From Gekko japonicus (taxonomy: Eukaryota): a stretch of 64,000 nt of DNA. The DNA lies in the NCBI RefSeq assembly GCF_001447785.1, contig NW_015169783.1, positions 1,197,502 to 1,261,501 of the forward strand, read 5' to 3'. A program made the translations under genes and the position numbers. This document shows positions 26,700 to 47,955 of this stretch, one piece after another (positions within the stretch are counted from its first letter, which is position 1; each line of letters opens with the position of its first letter). Under the pieces are notes generated by a model. That model saw only the letters and a program-made list of their open reading frames with translations. It made no database searches and was not told the DNA's origin.

Positions 26700-26991
26700 A
26701 TCATAAATAGATAACACGTGTAAATAAAGCGCAACAAAAAGGGCCAACATCCGGGTTATTTAAATGAGGCGTATCACGTGACAAGGAGCGCGGACGCCGT
26801 GTGACAGTTACGTCGGTTTTTTCGCTGTCACGTGACAGATGTTCGGCTTTCACCGTCGAGAGGGCGCTTCCTTTTTTTTTTTATAGTCTGATTTTCCTCT
26901 TCGGCTGACACAGGAAGTGGCTCTCGTTGTCTTGGAAGAGATTCATGTAGACGCCGGAAGAGAAGGCCGGGGCCAACGGCGAGGGTCCAAG
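26700..26991 (+). promoter_or_regulatory. KAT5 CpG-rich promoter/5'UTR with E-boxes, ETS and YY1-like motifs
   Basis: CACGTG near 26715, TCACGTGA 26774-26781, CTGTCACGTGACAG 26825-26838; CAGGAAGT/CCGGAAG ETS cores; CAAGATGGCGG (YY1-like) over the start codon; locally CpG-rich. Confidence 0.75.
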
Positions 26992-37520
<10,529 letters not shown>

Positions 37521-38245
37521 GAGTGGAGTCTGACCACTCAAAGTGAAGAGTGACTTTTGGCAGATCCTCCCGTGCCGGGACAATAAGGGCCAGGGCAGAA
37601 TGCTCAAGCACTCCTTCAGAGACATTTTTCTGCCAGCCCTGAACCACAGGCAGTGCTGACCAGACCCAGCTGCTCTTGCCTGCCCGTTTGTATATGATTG
37701 TATAGCTCAGTTTTGTACAGAAATTCTGAAAGCACAGAACAGTGTATCCTCCCTCCCTCCACCCTTCCACTCTTCCTATGCTGTTACTTGATGGAACGGC
37801 GATTTTCTTGCGAAGTGCCAGTGACTGAACTTTGAATCCTGCTTCAGGAGAAAAAAAAGATTCTTAACAGGCTACTTTCCTATAATGCACTGCAGTGGAG
37901 CTGCTGCCGCTGCCACCATTTTTCCAGACAGAACTACGCTGCAGCTCCCAGGTAAAAAAACTGTTCTGCTTTGGCACAGGACCTGAAGGTGAACAGCGAG
38001 GGCTGCTCTTGCTCCGTGAGCCTCGAAGGCAGAAGCAGCCTGCTGAGACCTTGTTGTAGCACAGCTCTGCGAGTAAGTTTTTGGGGAAAAGCCTCCGCCT
38101 TCCACTGCTCTAAAGAAGGAGCATCTACAGCAATGGAGCACCTCTTGGCTGAGGAAAAGGGTTCCTCCGTCACGTCAGCCCAAAACTTCTGTGAAGCAGA
38201 GGTGGGAGAGTTCAGAGGGGGACCCCATCCAGCTCCTGTACGCAA

Positions 38246-38251
38246 AATAAA
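38246..38251 (+). terminator. KAT5 polyadenylation signal AATAAA
   Basis: AATAAA ~725 nt after the KAT5 stop, followed by GT/T-rich sequence. Confidence 0.65.
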
Positions 38252-38423
38252 TTAATGAAGTGTTTTAAAGACTGTGTACATTCTCACCTGTGTATGGTTG
38301 GTTCTTATGTGATTATAATCATGTGTCTTATAAAACCATAGCTATGGTTAAGGTTTTACAAGGTACAGGCCTAAGGAACGGGAATACAATGAAAGGAGAA
38401 CATCAAACACATATTGTAGCACA

Positions 38424-38429
38424 TTTAAT
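38424..38429 (-). terminator. Probable RNASEH2C poly(A) signal ATTAAA
   Basis: tttaat on plus strand, ~450 nt past the RNASEH2C stop. Confidence 0.5.
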
Positions 38430-38878
38430 ACAAAATATGTTCATGTAAGCATTTCAGACCATAACCAGAGACAGCTCAGTGTACACCACAGATTAAGCTA
38501 AAGTGGCTTATAACGAGTCTGTCATAGCTGTCTTCGAGAAATGTATTTCTGTGAACAGGCAGCAACTGTAACAGCTGTCGTACAGACAGATTTGTCAGTT
38601 TAGTCAGAATCCCTTCTGCTCCCAAAGGCATCAGCCTGATGTTGTGTGTATTCAGAATCCAACCCCCCCCCCCCAAAAAGGAAAGCTTTAAAACTATCAG
38701 AGGCCAATAAGAAAGCCAAATTCTGCATAACAGTCCATCCAGGGGGAAAAGTCAGACTGATGAGCGTTGAGCAGCTGTCTCATCCAATTTCTGCTGGGCT
38801 CCTCCGTCCCCAGCAATCTGAACAACCCAAAATCCTGTGCATCTTCCACAGCACTATATGTGTAGCAAGTTGTCCACC

Positions 38879-38908
38879 TTATTCTTCATCCGCCACAGGG
38901 GCATGGAT
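38879..38908 (-). CDS. RNASEH2C: RNASEH2C exon 4
   Basis: ttctag|IHAPVADEE*TAA, homologous to human IHAQVPED. Confidence 0.9.
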   Translation of the reverse strand: MHAPVADEE

Positions 38909-41571
38909 CTAGAAGGATACATCGACCACACTTTACAGCCACATTCCTATCCCTTGTATGCAGAAACAGCCCTTCCATATGAAATTCAAGCTGCTAGTCC
39001 TCAATAAAATCTCTAGTTAACTTAGAAACACCGAGCTGGAAGGGACCTCCAGAGTCAGCCCAACCTCCTGGACAACACAGGAAATTCACAACTACCTCCC
39101 CACCACGCCCCAGTGACCCCTGCTGTATGCCCAGACTTACCAGAGAGGAGGCATCCGGGCTAAAAATTGAAAAGCTGAGCACAGGTGTCCCCAATTACAT
39201 TGCACCTGTGGCACTTTTAGAATTAGAACACAGAGGGTGCTGCCATAAAATAGCTATTGTGGGAGATGGGGCCAATCACAAAATATTGGGAAGTTCCAAG
39301 CATCCTCCTACAATGTGGGCATTGTACTTGCTAGGCACAAAATAAGCCCCAGCCTTCTGGGCAGAATTTCAGACAAACCCACACCCTTTTTAAGTTGGTT
39401 TTTTTTCTGAAGGGGAGGAGGATATCTAGTAGGGAATCTAAATGTGTAATGGCAAAAAAGGAATGCCTGAACAGAGCAGAGAAATATATATGTAATGGGC
39501 CAAAAGAGCAGACTGCCTGTAGATGTGGTGCCTTGAGTGTTGGACTTGGGCCAGGGAGAGCGGGGTTCAAATCTTCACTCAGGTACAAGGCTCAGCAGTC
39601 TTTGGGCATGTTGCTGTTCCTTGAAGATGTTGGCTGGAGGACAACTGGGCAGGGGGTAAAACAAATAGGTCTGGATGGTCCAGGCTAGCATCAGCTCATC
39701 AGATCTGGGACACTGAGCAGGGTTGGCCACGGTTAGTACTTGGATGGGAGACCGCCCGGAAGTCCAGGATGGCTATGCAGAGGCAGGCAATGGCAAAACC
39801 ACCTCTGAACCTCTCTTGCCTTGAAAACCCCACGAGGGGTTGCCAATAAGTTGGCTGGGACTTGATGACACTTTGCACCACCAAAAGAGAGAAAATACTT
39901 ACACTCTCTGCAATCTTTGGCCAGCTGAAGGCCATGAGGATCTCATCACTCTCATTTGGTGCCCGTTCCAGGTTCCACACAGACACTGACTCAAAGGCAG
40001 ACTTCACCTGCACATTCCGCTCCTGAGAAGAAAAAGAGCACTCAGCCAGGATAAGCAACACCCCTCCATGCACCAGTTCAGAGCAAGTCTCTCCCCCCCC
40101 CCCTTACCTCTGATGACAAGTAAGGAGCCACTTCCTCTAGTACCAGTCCCAAGTAACCCTTGGGAACAAGGACTTGTTTCCCCTTTAGCATCCGGCCACG
40201 GAAAGACACAGTTGACTCTGCAGGGAAAAGACACCAAAAATTACAGGACCTGCTGTACTGAAAAAAGGCCACTCCTTTAATGTTCATTGTTCACTTGTCT
40301 TGTTTTTAAAATGTATATGCTGTGCTCTTAGTCAAATTGACTCATGAGGCATCTACCAAGTTACCCAATAAAGCCATCAATTAAAAAAACAAAGTTTGAG
40401 TCCAGTGGCACCTTTAAGACCAAGTTTTATTCTAGATATAAGGTTTTATTCTAGCTATAAGCTATAAGGATGTTATCTGAAGAAGTGTGCGTGCACACGA
40501 AAGTTTATACCCAGAATAAACTTTGTTAGTCTTAAAGGTGCCACTGGACTCAAACTTGGTTCTGCTGCTTCAGATCAACACGGCTACCCACCTCAGTAAA
40601 AATTAGTCACAACCTTTGGTTTGCCTTAGCACATCTGCAGTATTTCAGGATCCCTTTTCCATCCAAGGCATCTATGCAACCAAAAAGGTTAAAGCCAAGT
40701 AACTGAAAGGAGTTAAATGCAAGGCAGGAAAGAGCCCTGGAGTAATCAGGGACTCTGAGGTCTTGTTATAGCAGACCTGCTCAAATTGGTGAAAAAAAAT
40801 GCTGATACAAGTAGATCTTTTTGCAAATCTATAGCAGGCAGGTGAAGCATTAAAAGAAGCACAAAAAAAAGGAATTTGTTGGAAGGAGAGACTGGTTGGA
40901 AAGTAACACTTGGGAAGAAACAATACTAGAATAATACTATGGCACAGATTCAAGACAAGCAAAAGGAAGAACTACTTCAAACAATGGTTGGTTTGTGGAA
41001 CTCACTGCCACAAGATTTAGCAATGACCATTGCCTTAGAAGGATTTCAAAGGGGGTCAAGCTAATGCCCAAAGATAGCTGAATGGGACCTTTGGATACAG
41101 AGGCAGAACGCTTCTGCCTGTCAGATGCTGCTGTGCAGTCAGCAAGTGAAAGCTATCTGGCCACTGCTGGAAACAAGTTGCTAGACTAGACAAACCACGG
41201 GTCTGACCCAGCACTGCCCCCCTCTTATGTTCTTAAGAACATGTGTTCTGCTTCTAGAAGAGGGCAGACATCAAATACAGAGGAAAGAGAGAAGCCGCTA
41301 GGGGAGAAGGCAGCTCAGCAGCACGCCCATTTCAGCCTTGCGCTCTCCCGCCCTCTCCCGGCCACCCAGCCTCCTTTAGCAATCTTCGCCCACCGTCGCC
41401 CGGCTCCGGCTGCTGCGGGCCACGAATGGCCGGCGCGAAGTAGCGCTGGACTGGAGCGCCGCCGTCGTGCTGGACGACGCAGGGCAGGAGATGCAGCCGC
41501 TCGTGCGATGCCTCCGAGCCCTGCAGCGAGCCCAGCGCCAGCCGCACCGGAGAGCGATCCCCCGCAGCCAT
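38879..41571 (-). CDS. RNASEH2C: Ribonuclease H2 subunit C, 4 coding exons, 145 aa
   Basis: Exons (minus) 41571-41394, 40217-40108, 40022-39903, 38908-38879 (438 nt). Translation MAAGDRSPVRLALGS...LHLLPCVVQHDGGAPVQRYFAPAIR...VSFRGRMLKG...WNLERAPNESDEILMAFSWPKIAES-IHAPVADEE*. HLLPC, SFRGR and W-P..A..IHA motifs plus synteny downstream of KAT5. Confidence 0.95.
39903..40022 (-). CDS. RNASEH2C: RNASEH2C exon 3
   Basis: ctcag|ERNVQVKSAFESVSVWNLERAPNESDEILMAFSWPKIAES|gtaagt. Confidence 0.93.
40108..40217 (-). CDS. RNASEH2C: RNASEH2C exon 2
   Basis: ctgcag|STVSFRGRMLKGKQVLVPKGYLGLVLEEVAPYLSSE|gtaagg. Confidence 0.93.
40385..40595 (+). mobile_element. Non-autonomous Penelope-like repeat with inverted termini and hammerhead motif (RNASEH2C intron 1)
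   Basis: Perfect 29-bp inverted repeat 40392-40420 / 40529-40557; CTGAAGA-stem-GAAA at 40477-40502; related copies at 21595-21731, ~17680-17765 and ~52130-52240 (minus). Confidence 0.75.
40474..40510 (+). ncRNA. Minimal type I hammerhead ribozyme motif (Penelope-associated)
   Basis: tat-CTGAAGA-a-gtgtgc gt gcacac-GAAA-gttt-atac. Confidence 0.6.
41394..41571 (-). CDS. RNASEH2C: RNASEH2C exon 1
   Basis: ATG at 41571; HLLPC motif; donor G|gtgggc, phase 1. Confidence 0.9.
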
Positions 41572-41940
41572 CGGCAACCAGCCTTGCTTTCCCGCGCCGC
41601 TACCGCCTATCGCCGCCCTGCCCAGGCGTCCGGAAAAGAAGCAAGTCCGTCCCCCCGGGGAGGCGGAGCGAGCCGCTGACTTCCAAAGAAGCGAAACCGA
41701 TTGCGGTGGACCCGAGTGCCCAAACGAGCGCGCCCTGTCCGGCGAGTCTTTCCTCAGCAGTCACCCCCGCCCGGTGCAGTGGGGCTGACTGACTCCCGGG
41801 GAAGGGCGCAGTGGGGCAGAGCTTCGGTTCTTCTACGTGCCCGTGCGTGGAAGAAAGGCGGCCGGCCTGACGTCTGAGTAAACCTGAGCTACGAGCCGCT
41901 GTGCGCACCGCCCTGAGACTAGACGTACTTCCGTTTAAGC
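41572..41940 (-). promoter_or_regulatory. RNASEH2C CpG-island promoter
   Basis: Dense CpG; ETS core (CTTCCG) and CRE-like TGACGTC near 41868. Confidence 0.65.
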
Positions 41941-42289
41941 AGGCCTACAAGTAAATTTGCCCTGAAGCCAAGAGAATTTATTCTCACCGAAGCGCCTATA
42001 GGGGTCCAGCTCTTGTTCATTTAGGGCCGCTACACTAAATATGTTTACTCAGGAGGAGTAAATCATCCCGATGAATCTTGCTTCCTCTGAGTGCAAATGC
42101 ATAGGTCTAGGATGTATGGATGGGGTTTAAGCAGAAACAAACTTATTTTTAATGGCTCTAATTGGTTTTATAATGTATTTAATTGTTTTGCTGTAAATCG
42201 CCCTGACCCCCATGTAAGCAGGGAAGGGTGGTTAAATCTAATGAAATAAAGTTTCAGTGAAACTTCTCAGGCCTAAAAGCATATGGAGA

Positions 42290-42585
42290 GGTTAAAATGT
42301 GGAATTTGCTGCCAGAGGGTGTAGTGATGACCACAGGAATAAACAGCTTTAAAGGGGGATTAGATAGATACATGGAGGATAGGTCTATTAGTGGCTGCTA
42401 GCCATGGCGACTGAGGGGAACCTCCATGTTCAGAGGCACTTCTGAATCCCAGAGCGAGGGGAGGGCCTGGATCTCTATGCCCTGTTGTTGGCCCTCCAGA
42501 GGAACTGGTTGGTTGCTGTGTGAGACGAAATGCTGGACTAGATGGACCACAGGTATGACCCAGCAGGGCTCTTCTTATGTTCTTA
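42290..42585 (+). mobile_element. CR1 LINE 3' fragment
   Basis: WNLLPEGVV..FKGGLDRYMEDRSI remnant, ending CTTATGTTCTTATG. Confidence 0.75.
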
Positions 42586-44339
42586 TGGAGGTCAATGGAG
42601 ACATACATACCGTAGAAGTCAGAAAAACTGAGTGTGGGCCATTCGTACTGAGCATGCCCAACAGTAGCAACTGAATCTTCCCCTACAATTTGGGCTTCAC
42701 TAAAAAGCAAATTTGCCTATCTGTTTTAAAAGCAAGGAAGAGGGGGAAATCAACTGTAGACCAAAATAGGGCTACCAGCCAGTCATCATTTTAACTTGTT
42801 GGCCCGCTGTTAATAGAGAAGATTGAAAGGTAAAGAAAGAAAACTTCCAGCTGAGTGCTACTTCCCATTAATGTTCAGTGCATGGTGCTATAGCACATGC
42901 TTGTTCACTGAAGCACCACAGACAGTGGAAGGAGGAAACTAAAGCTGCCTTGATAATGTGGTGTGTGTTGCAACCATTCTGGGCCGTGAATGCAAACACA
43001 GGGTACTGGCACACAGAAGTCTGCCCTAGTAGTGTCGCCAATCTCCAGGGGGTGGCTGCAGATCTGGGACTACAACATCTCCAGGCTGTAGAGATCAGTC
43101 CCCCTGGATAAAATGGCTGCTTTGGAAGGTGGACTGGACTCTTTGGCATTATGCTCCATTGAAGTCCCTCCCCTTCCCAACCCTGACCTCCTCAGGCTCC
43201 AATCACCAGTTATTTCCCAATGCAGCTTAACAGGACCATGAAGGCTACTAGCATTTTGCAGAGTGGCAGAGGACCGAGATACGTTCTGGGGGCTCTCAAA
43301 TACCCCAAGGCCTTTCAGCCATGGGGGAGGCAAACCAACCAACCAGCCCTGCTATAGAGGCTAATAGTGCAATTTTAAACACAGTCGCACCTTTCGACGT
43401 CTGTTCAGGTCAGTGGTCTTAAAGGATGTAACTCTGCTTAGCACAGCAGACCTCTCTCACTCATTCAAGAGTCCGCTTACCATCTCAGCCCTGCAGCATC
43501 TGCAGAACCGCTCACTGCAATGCTCTCTTCCCCTTCTGCACATGCTTAGAGACCCTCTTCCCCTGACATCTTTAAAGGGCTTCAACCCACAGAGGATTGT
43601 GCTGCATGAGATCCACTGAGAGCTGTTATAGGCGTTATGACGTTCCAAAGCACACTGATTGCTTGCAAGTTCTGCTTGCAGTACAGTGTCCTGTTATTTA
43701 AGGGGGAAGTGCCCAGTGCTGCTGGCCCTGTGAGACATTACAATCCTGGTGCATCAACTGAGCTCCAAAATATGGGCTTAGCCATTCCGTACAACCTCAC
43801 CAGAAGCTCTATACTATGCACTATCAGTATGCACAGGATTCTACTGGGCCCTCTTACATCAACAGGGGTACAAGTCTTCAGACTGCACAGACCTCTTCGA
43901 TGGAAAGGCGTGGATGGAGAAGGACTGGCAAGTCAGTTCCTGTCATGACTCCGGGGTCCATCAAGCCCTTGTTTTTATGCAAAATTCAACTGCTGCAGAA
44001 AACCCAGGACAATGTACTGCCAGAGGGACTCCCAAGAGACACGATATAATGTAGAACCAAGTGCCAGATTAAGATGAGAGGCAGCTTCAGCGTGCAGCTC
44101 AGTATCAATCCCTTTAAAGGTTTTTGCCCTGTTGAACACATGTAGATACCTTATGCTTGAATCAGACCATCAGGGTGAATACTGTCTACTCAGACCAGCA
44201 GCAGCTCCCCAAGGTCAAAGGCCTTTCACCATCTGCTTCTTAATCCTTTTAACTAGAGACGCCAGCTGTTGAACCTGGGAACTTCTGCATGCTAAGCAGA
44301 TGCCCTACCGTTGAGCCAAGGCCCTTCTTCTCCCTATTA

Positions 44340-44624
44340 AGAAGAAGAATAAGAGGAGATTGGATTTATCCCCCACCCTTCACTACCCAAAGGTGTCTCA
44401 GAGCGACTTACAAACTCCTTTCCCTTCCCCTCCCCACAAGAGACACCCTGTGAGGTAGATGGGGCTGAGAGAGCTCTGACAGAAACGGCTCTTTTTCAAG
44501 AACAGTTCTTATCAGAACCATGGTTTGCCCAAGGTCATCCAGTCAGGTGCAAGTGGAGGAGTGGGGAATCAAACCCGGCTCTCCCAGATTAGAGTCCGCA
44601 CACTTAACCACTACACCAAACTGG
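44340..44624 (-). mobile_element. Squam3-like SINE
   Basis: Close copy of 12-296. Confidence 0.85.
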
Positions 44625-45366
44625 TTTAAAACATGCATGGTAAAAATCCATTTCTTTTATACAAACATAAATAGGAAGCTGCCTGATGCTGAGTCAGAAA
44701 AGATAGAGCCACAGGAACTGTGTAAAGTGCGCTCAATGTTTCTTTAACGATAGCAATAATGTTATAAATATGAAAATTACAAAAGTGATACTAATACATT
44801 TCAAACTGTAAATCCAGTTACATGAGATAGAAGATAACGACGGCGGGACGGTGGTCTCCGGAATGCGGTGCCGTTTCGACAAACTTCTTCTTCTGACCAA
44901 GAATCTATGAGTAGATGATGTGTGGAAAACTGCACTTCAGTAGAAAAGCTACCCGATTCACATGGAGTTCAATAACACTTTCACCTATTTCGTTGCACAA
45001 GTAATGGAGAAAATTTCTCTCAGACGAAATAAAGCTTATAAATAAATAAAGCTGAGTCAGACCATTGATCCACATCTTATTATGTGGATTTATATAGAGT
45101 CATCAGTCTGCATGGATTACAAGGTGATGGGTCCCTGCCCTGAGCAGTTTACAGTCTAAAATTTGGAGAGCGGTAAAGGTGAGGGAAAAAGCTATTAAGG
45201 TGTGTTTTGAAGAATGATTTGAAAGCAGAGAGAGAGGTAGTATCCCATAATTATTGTGAGAGGCCATTCTGGGCACCAGGAGCACCAAGGGAGAGGGGGC
45301 GGGGTTGTCTGAGGGAATGGAAGACCTTCAAGTGGTGAAGCTGAAAAGCAAAGTTGCAGAGCAGGG

Positions 45367-45805
45367 AAGAAGAGTTGGATTTATACCCTGCCCTTCACTC
45401 GGAGTCTCAGAGCGGTTTACAATCTCCTTCCTCTCCCCAAAACAGACGCCCTGTGAGCAGTGTTCCCTCTTAAGCTGAGCTAGTGTGAGCTACCTCACAG
45501 TTTTTTAGCCTCTAGCTCAAAGATTTTTGTCTTAGGAAGGATGGCTCCAGAGCAAACTAATTTATGCAATAGCCAAATCGCTCGCTCACAACTTTAATGC
45601 CAGTAGCTCACAAAGTAGAATTTTTGCTCACAAGACTCCACAGCTTACAGGGAGCATTGCCTGTGAGGTAGGTGGGGCTGAGAGAGCTCTGAGAAAACTG
45701 CTCTTGAGAGAACTGTGACTGACCCAAGGTTACCCAGCTGGCTGCACATGGGGGGAATGGGGAATCAAACCTTGTTCTCCAGATTGGAGTCCGCAGCTCT
45801 TAATA
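45367..45805 (-). mobile_element. Squam3-like SINE interrupted by a hAT MITE
   Basis: SINE halves rejoin across the cctgtgag TSD. Confidence 0.8.
45458..45659 (+). mobile_element. hAT MITE family A nested in a Squam3 SINE
   Basis: Same TIRs; 8-bp TSD cctgtgag. Confidence 0.92.
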
Positions 45806-46177
45806 CTGAGTAAAAGAAATTAGAAGACAGGGACAAGGCCATGGGGCGCTTCGTATGTAAGGACAAGGAATCCACCCTGGACCTGGGAGCAAACAGGAAG
45901 TTCTTTTAACTGGGGATTGAACCTGGGATCTTTGGCAAGCAAAGCAGCTTGTCTACCACTGAGCCCCTTGCAAAAGAGAGACTGTCGTTGGGAGCAGTGA
46001 ACATAAGAAGATACCTTTTACCAGGTCAGGCTATTGTTCCATCCAGCTCGGTACTGTGTACTCTGACTGGCAGCAACTATCAGAATCTTAGGTAGAGAAA
46101 GGCCTTTCCCAATAGCTGCTGCCCAAGGATTATTGAACTGGAGAGGTCCCTGAGGACTGACCCTGGCACAGGAACAG

Positions 46178-46425
46178 GTTGATTTATATCCCGCCCTTCA
46201 CTCAGAGTCTCAGAGCAGCTTACAATCTCCTTCCCTTCCTCTCCCCACAACAGACACCCTGTGAGGTAGGTGGGGCTGAGAGAATTCTGAGAGAACTGCT
46301 CTTGAGAAAAGAGTTTTCAGGGAACTCTGACTGACACAAGGTCACCCAGCAGCTGCATGTGGAGAACTGGGGAATCAAACTCAGTTCTCCCAAATTAGAG
46401 TCCATGCTCTTAACCACTACACCAA
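46178..46425 (-). mobile_element. Squam3-like SINE
   Basis: Homologous to 12-296. Confidence 0.8.
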
Positions 46426-46528
46426 GCAGGAAGCCCTGAGCTAAGTCCCCCCCCCAAAAAAAATATAAAGCTGCCTTATCCCAAATTGAGACCACTGAAT
46501 TGCATAGCCCAATATGGTCAGTACACCC

Positions 46529-47258
46529 TGTGGCATCCTTGCTTATAGGGGAAATGGTTTTACCTTTAAACACTCTCTGTGTATATAAACTTGGTAGTTT
46601 TCTGCTGCCACCAGGAATTAAAAATTCCAATTCTCTCTCTTTTGGTAGTATGACCTATGGTCTGGGCACTTCAGAGGACTACGTGGTCCTAAGGAAGTAC
46701 TGTACTGATTTCTGGGATAAGTTTAAACAAAAATTGATTTATTTAATAAAGAACAAAATAGGTTTCTGGTTATTTTGAACAGTTGCTGAAGAAAGGAACT
46801 TGTAAATATAACTGGCAAAGCTTGGTGCTATGAACAGTCTCTCAAACTTCAAACTCCACTCTGACAGACTTATACACTCATATATATAGCCACACAGACT
46901 AGTCTCTTTGTTTTATTCACACTGAATAGAATCAACTCTCTTAGTCACACAGACTAAACTGTTGAGTCTTATTCACACAGAATTAAACTTAGAATTCCAT
47001 AGTCAAGCTTCACACACAGAAACCTTCATAATTCTCAGTCACACAGACTCTTCAAAATTCTTCCATACTTGTCTCTCTCATATCACAGAATCTCCTCATA
47101 GACACACACACAGAATCCTCTCAAACACCCCTCCTCCCACACTCTCAGTCAGGAGCCAATCAAATCACACTTGTCACCCTCTATCACTCTTCTCATATTA
47201 CTTCATTCAAACTAAACATTTAAAGGAACACCCCCCCAAAAAATATGGAAACATTACA
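46529..47258 (-). mobile_element. Solo LTR related to 61092-61840
   Basis: TG...CA ends; shares the ATTCCTGGTGGCAGC block in inverse orientation; similar length (~730 bp); possible TSD caccc. Confidence 0.7.
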
Positions 47259-47542
47259 CACACACCCAAGGTCTCGGGTACAGAAAGGATTTCCCCAGTC
47301 TCTGCTACCTGACATTCTTTTTAAAGTGAAAATGCCAGAAACGGAACCTGAGCCTTTCTACATTAAATAATGCATTGGGAGCATCTGACCCTCCCAAAGT
47401 CCAAGGCCCCAAAGCTTAAAATAGCATTCCTGGTACAGTTTAGCTTGCCAGGAACTCCTATGTAGATTTCTGGGAGAAGCCTGGAAAGCACTACAAATTA
47501 GACACGGCACACGTGGGATGATTATCTCTGTACCGTTACAGG

Positions 47543-47748
47543 CAGTGTTCCCTCTAAGCTGAGTTAGTGTGAGCTAGCTCACAGTTTGTTAGCCTCCGGC
47601 TCACACATTTTTGTCTTAGCTCAGGAAGGATGGCTCCAGAGCAGACTAATTTATGCAGCAGCCAAACTGCTTGCTCACAGCTTTAATGCCAGTAGCTCAC
47701 AAAGTAGACTTTTTGCTCACAAGACTCCACAGCTTAGAGGAAGCATTG
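47543..47748 (+). mobile_element. hAT MITE family A just downstream of the AP5B1 stop
   Basis: Same TIRs; 8-bp TSD gttacagg. Confidence 0.9.
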
Positions 47749-47955
47749 GTTACAGGCCTTCTTTCCTCTTTAGGGAAACTGTAGAGAAAAGATTGTTGAC
47801 ACTTTAGGTGAGCGGCGCTACGGCCACCACATCCCTTGCCCAACGCTTGGGGATGTTCAGCCTCCGCAGTCCCGTTTCCAACACTCCACCTCACCCAGTA
47901 CCAAACTTCCCTTTCCCCATCCAACTTACATGGCAGCTGACTTGCAAAAAGATTT

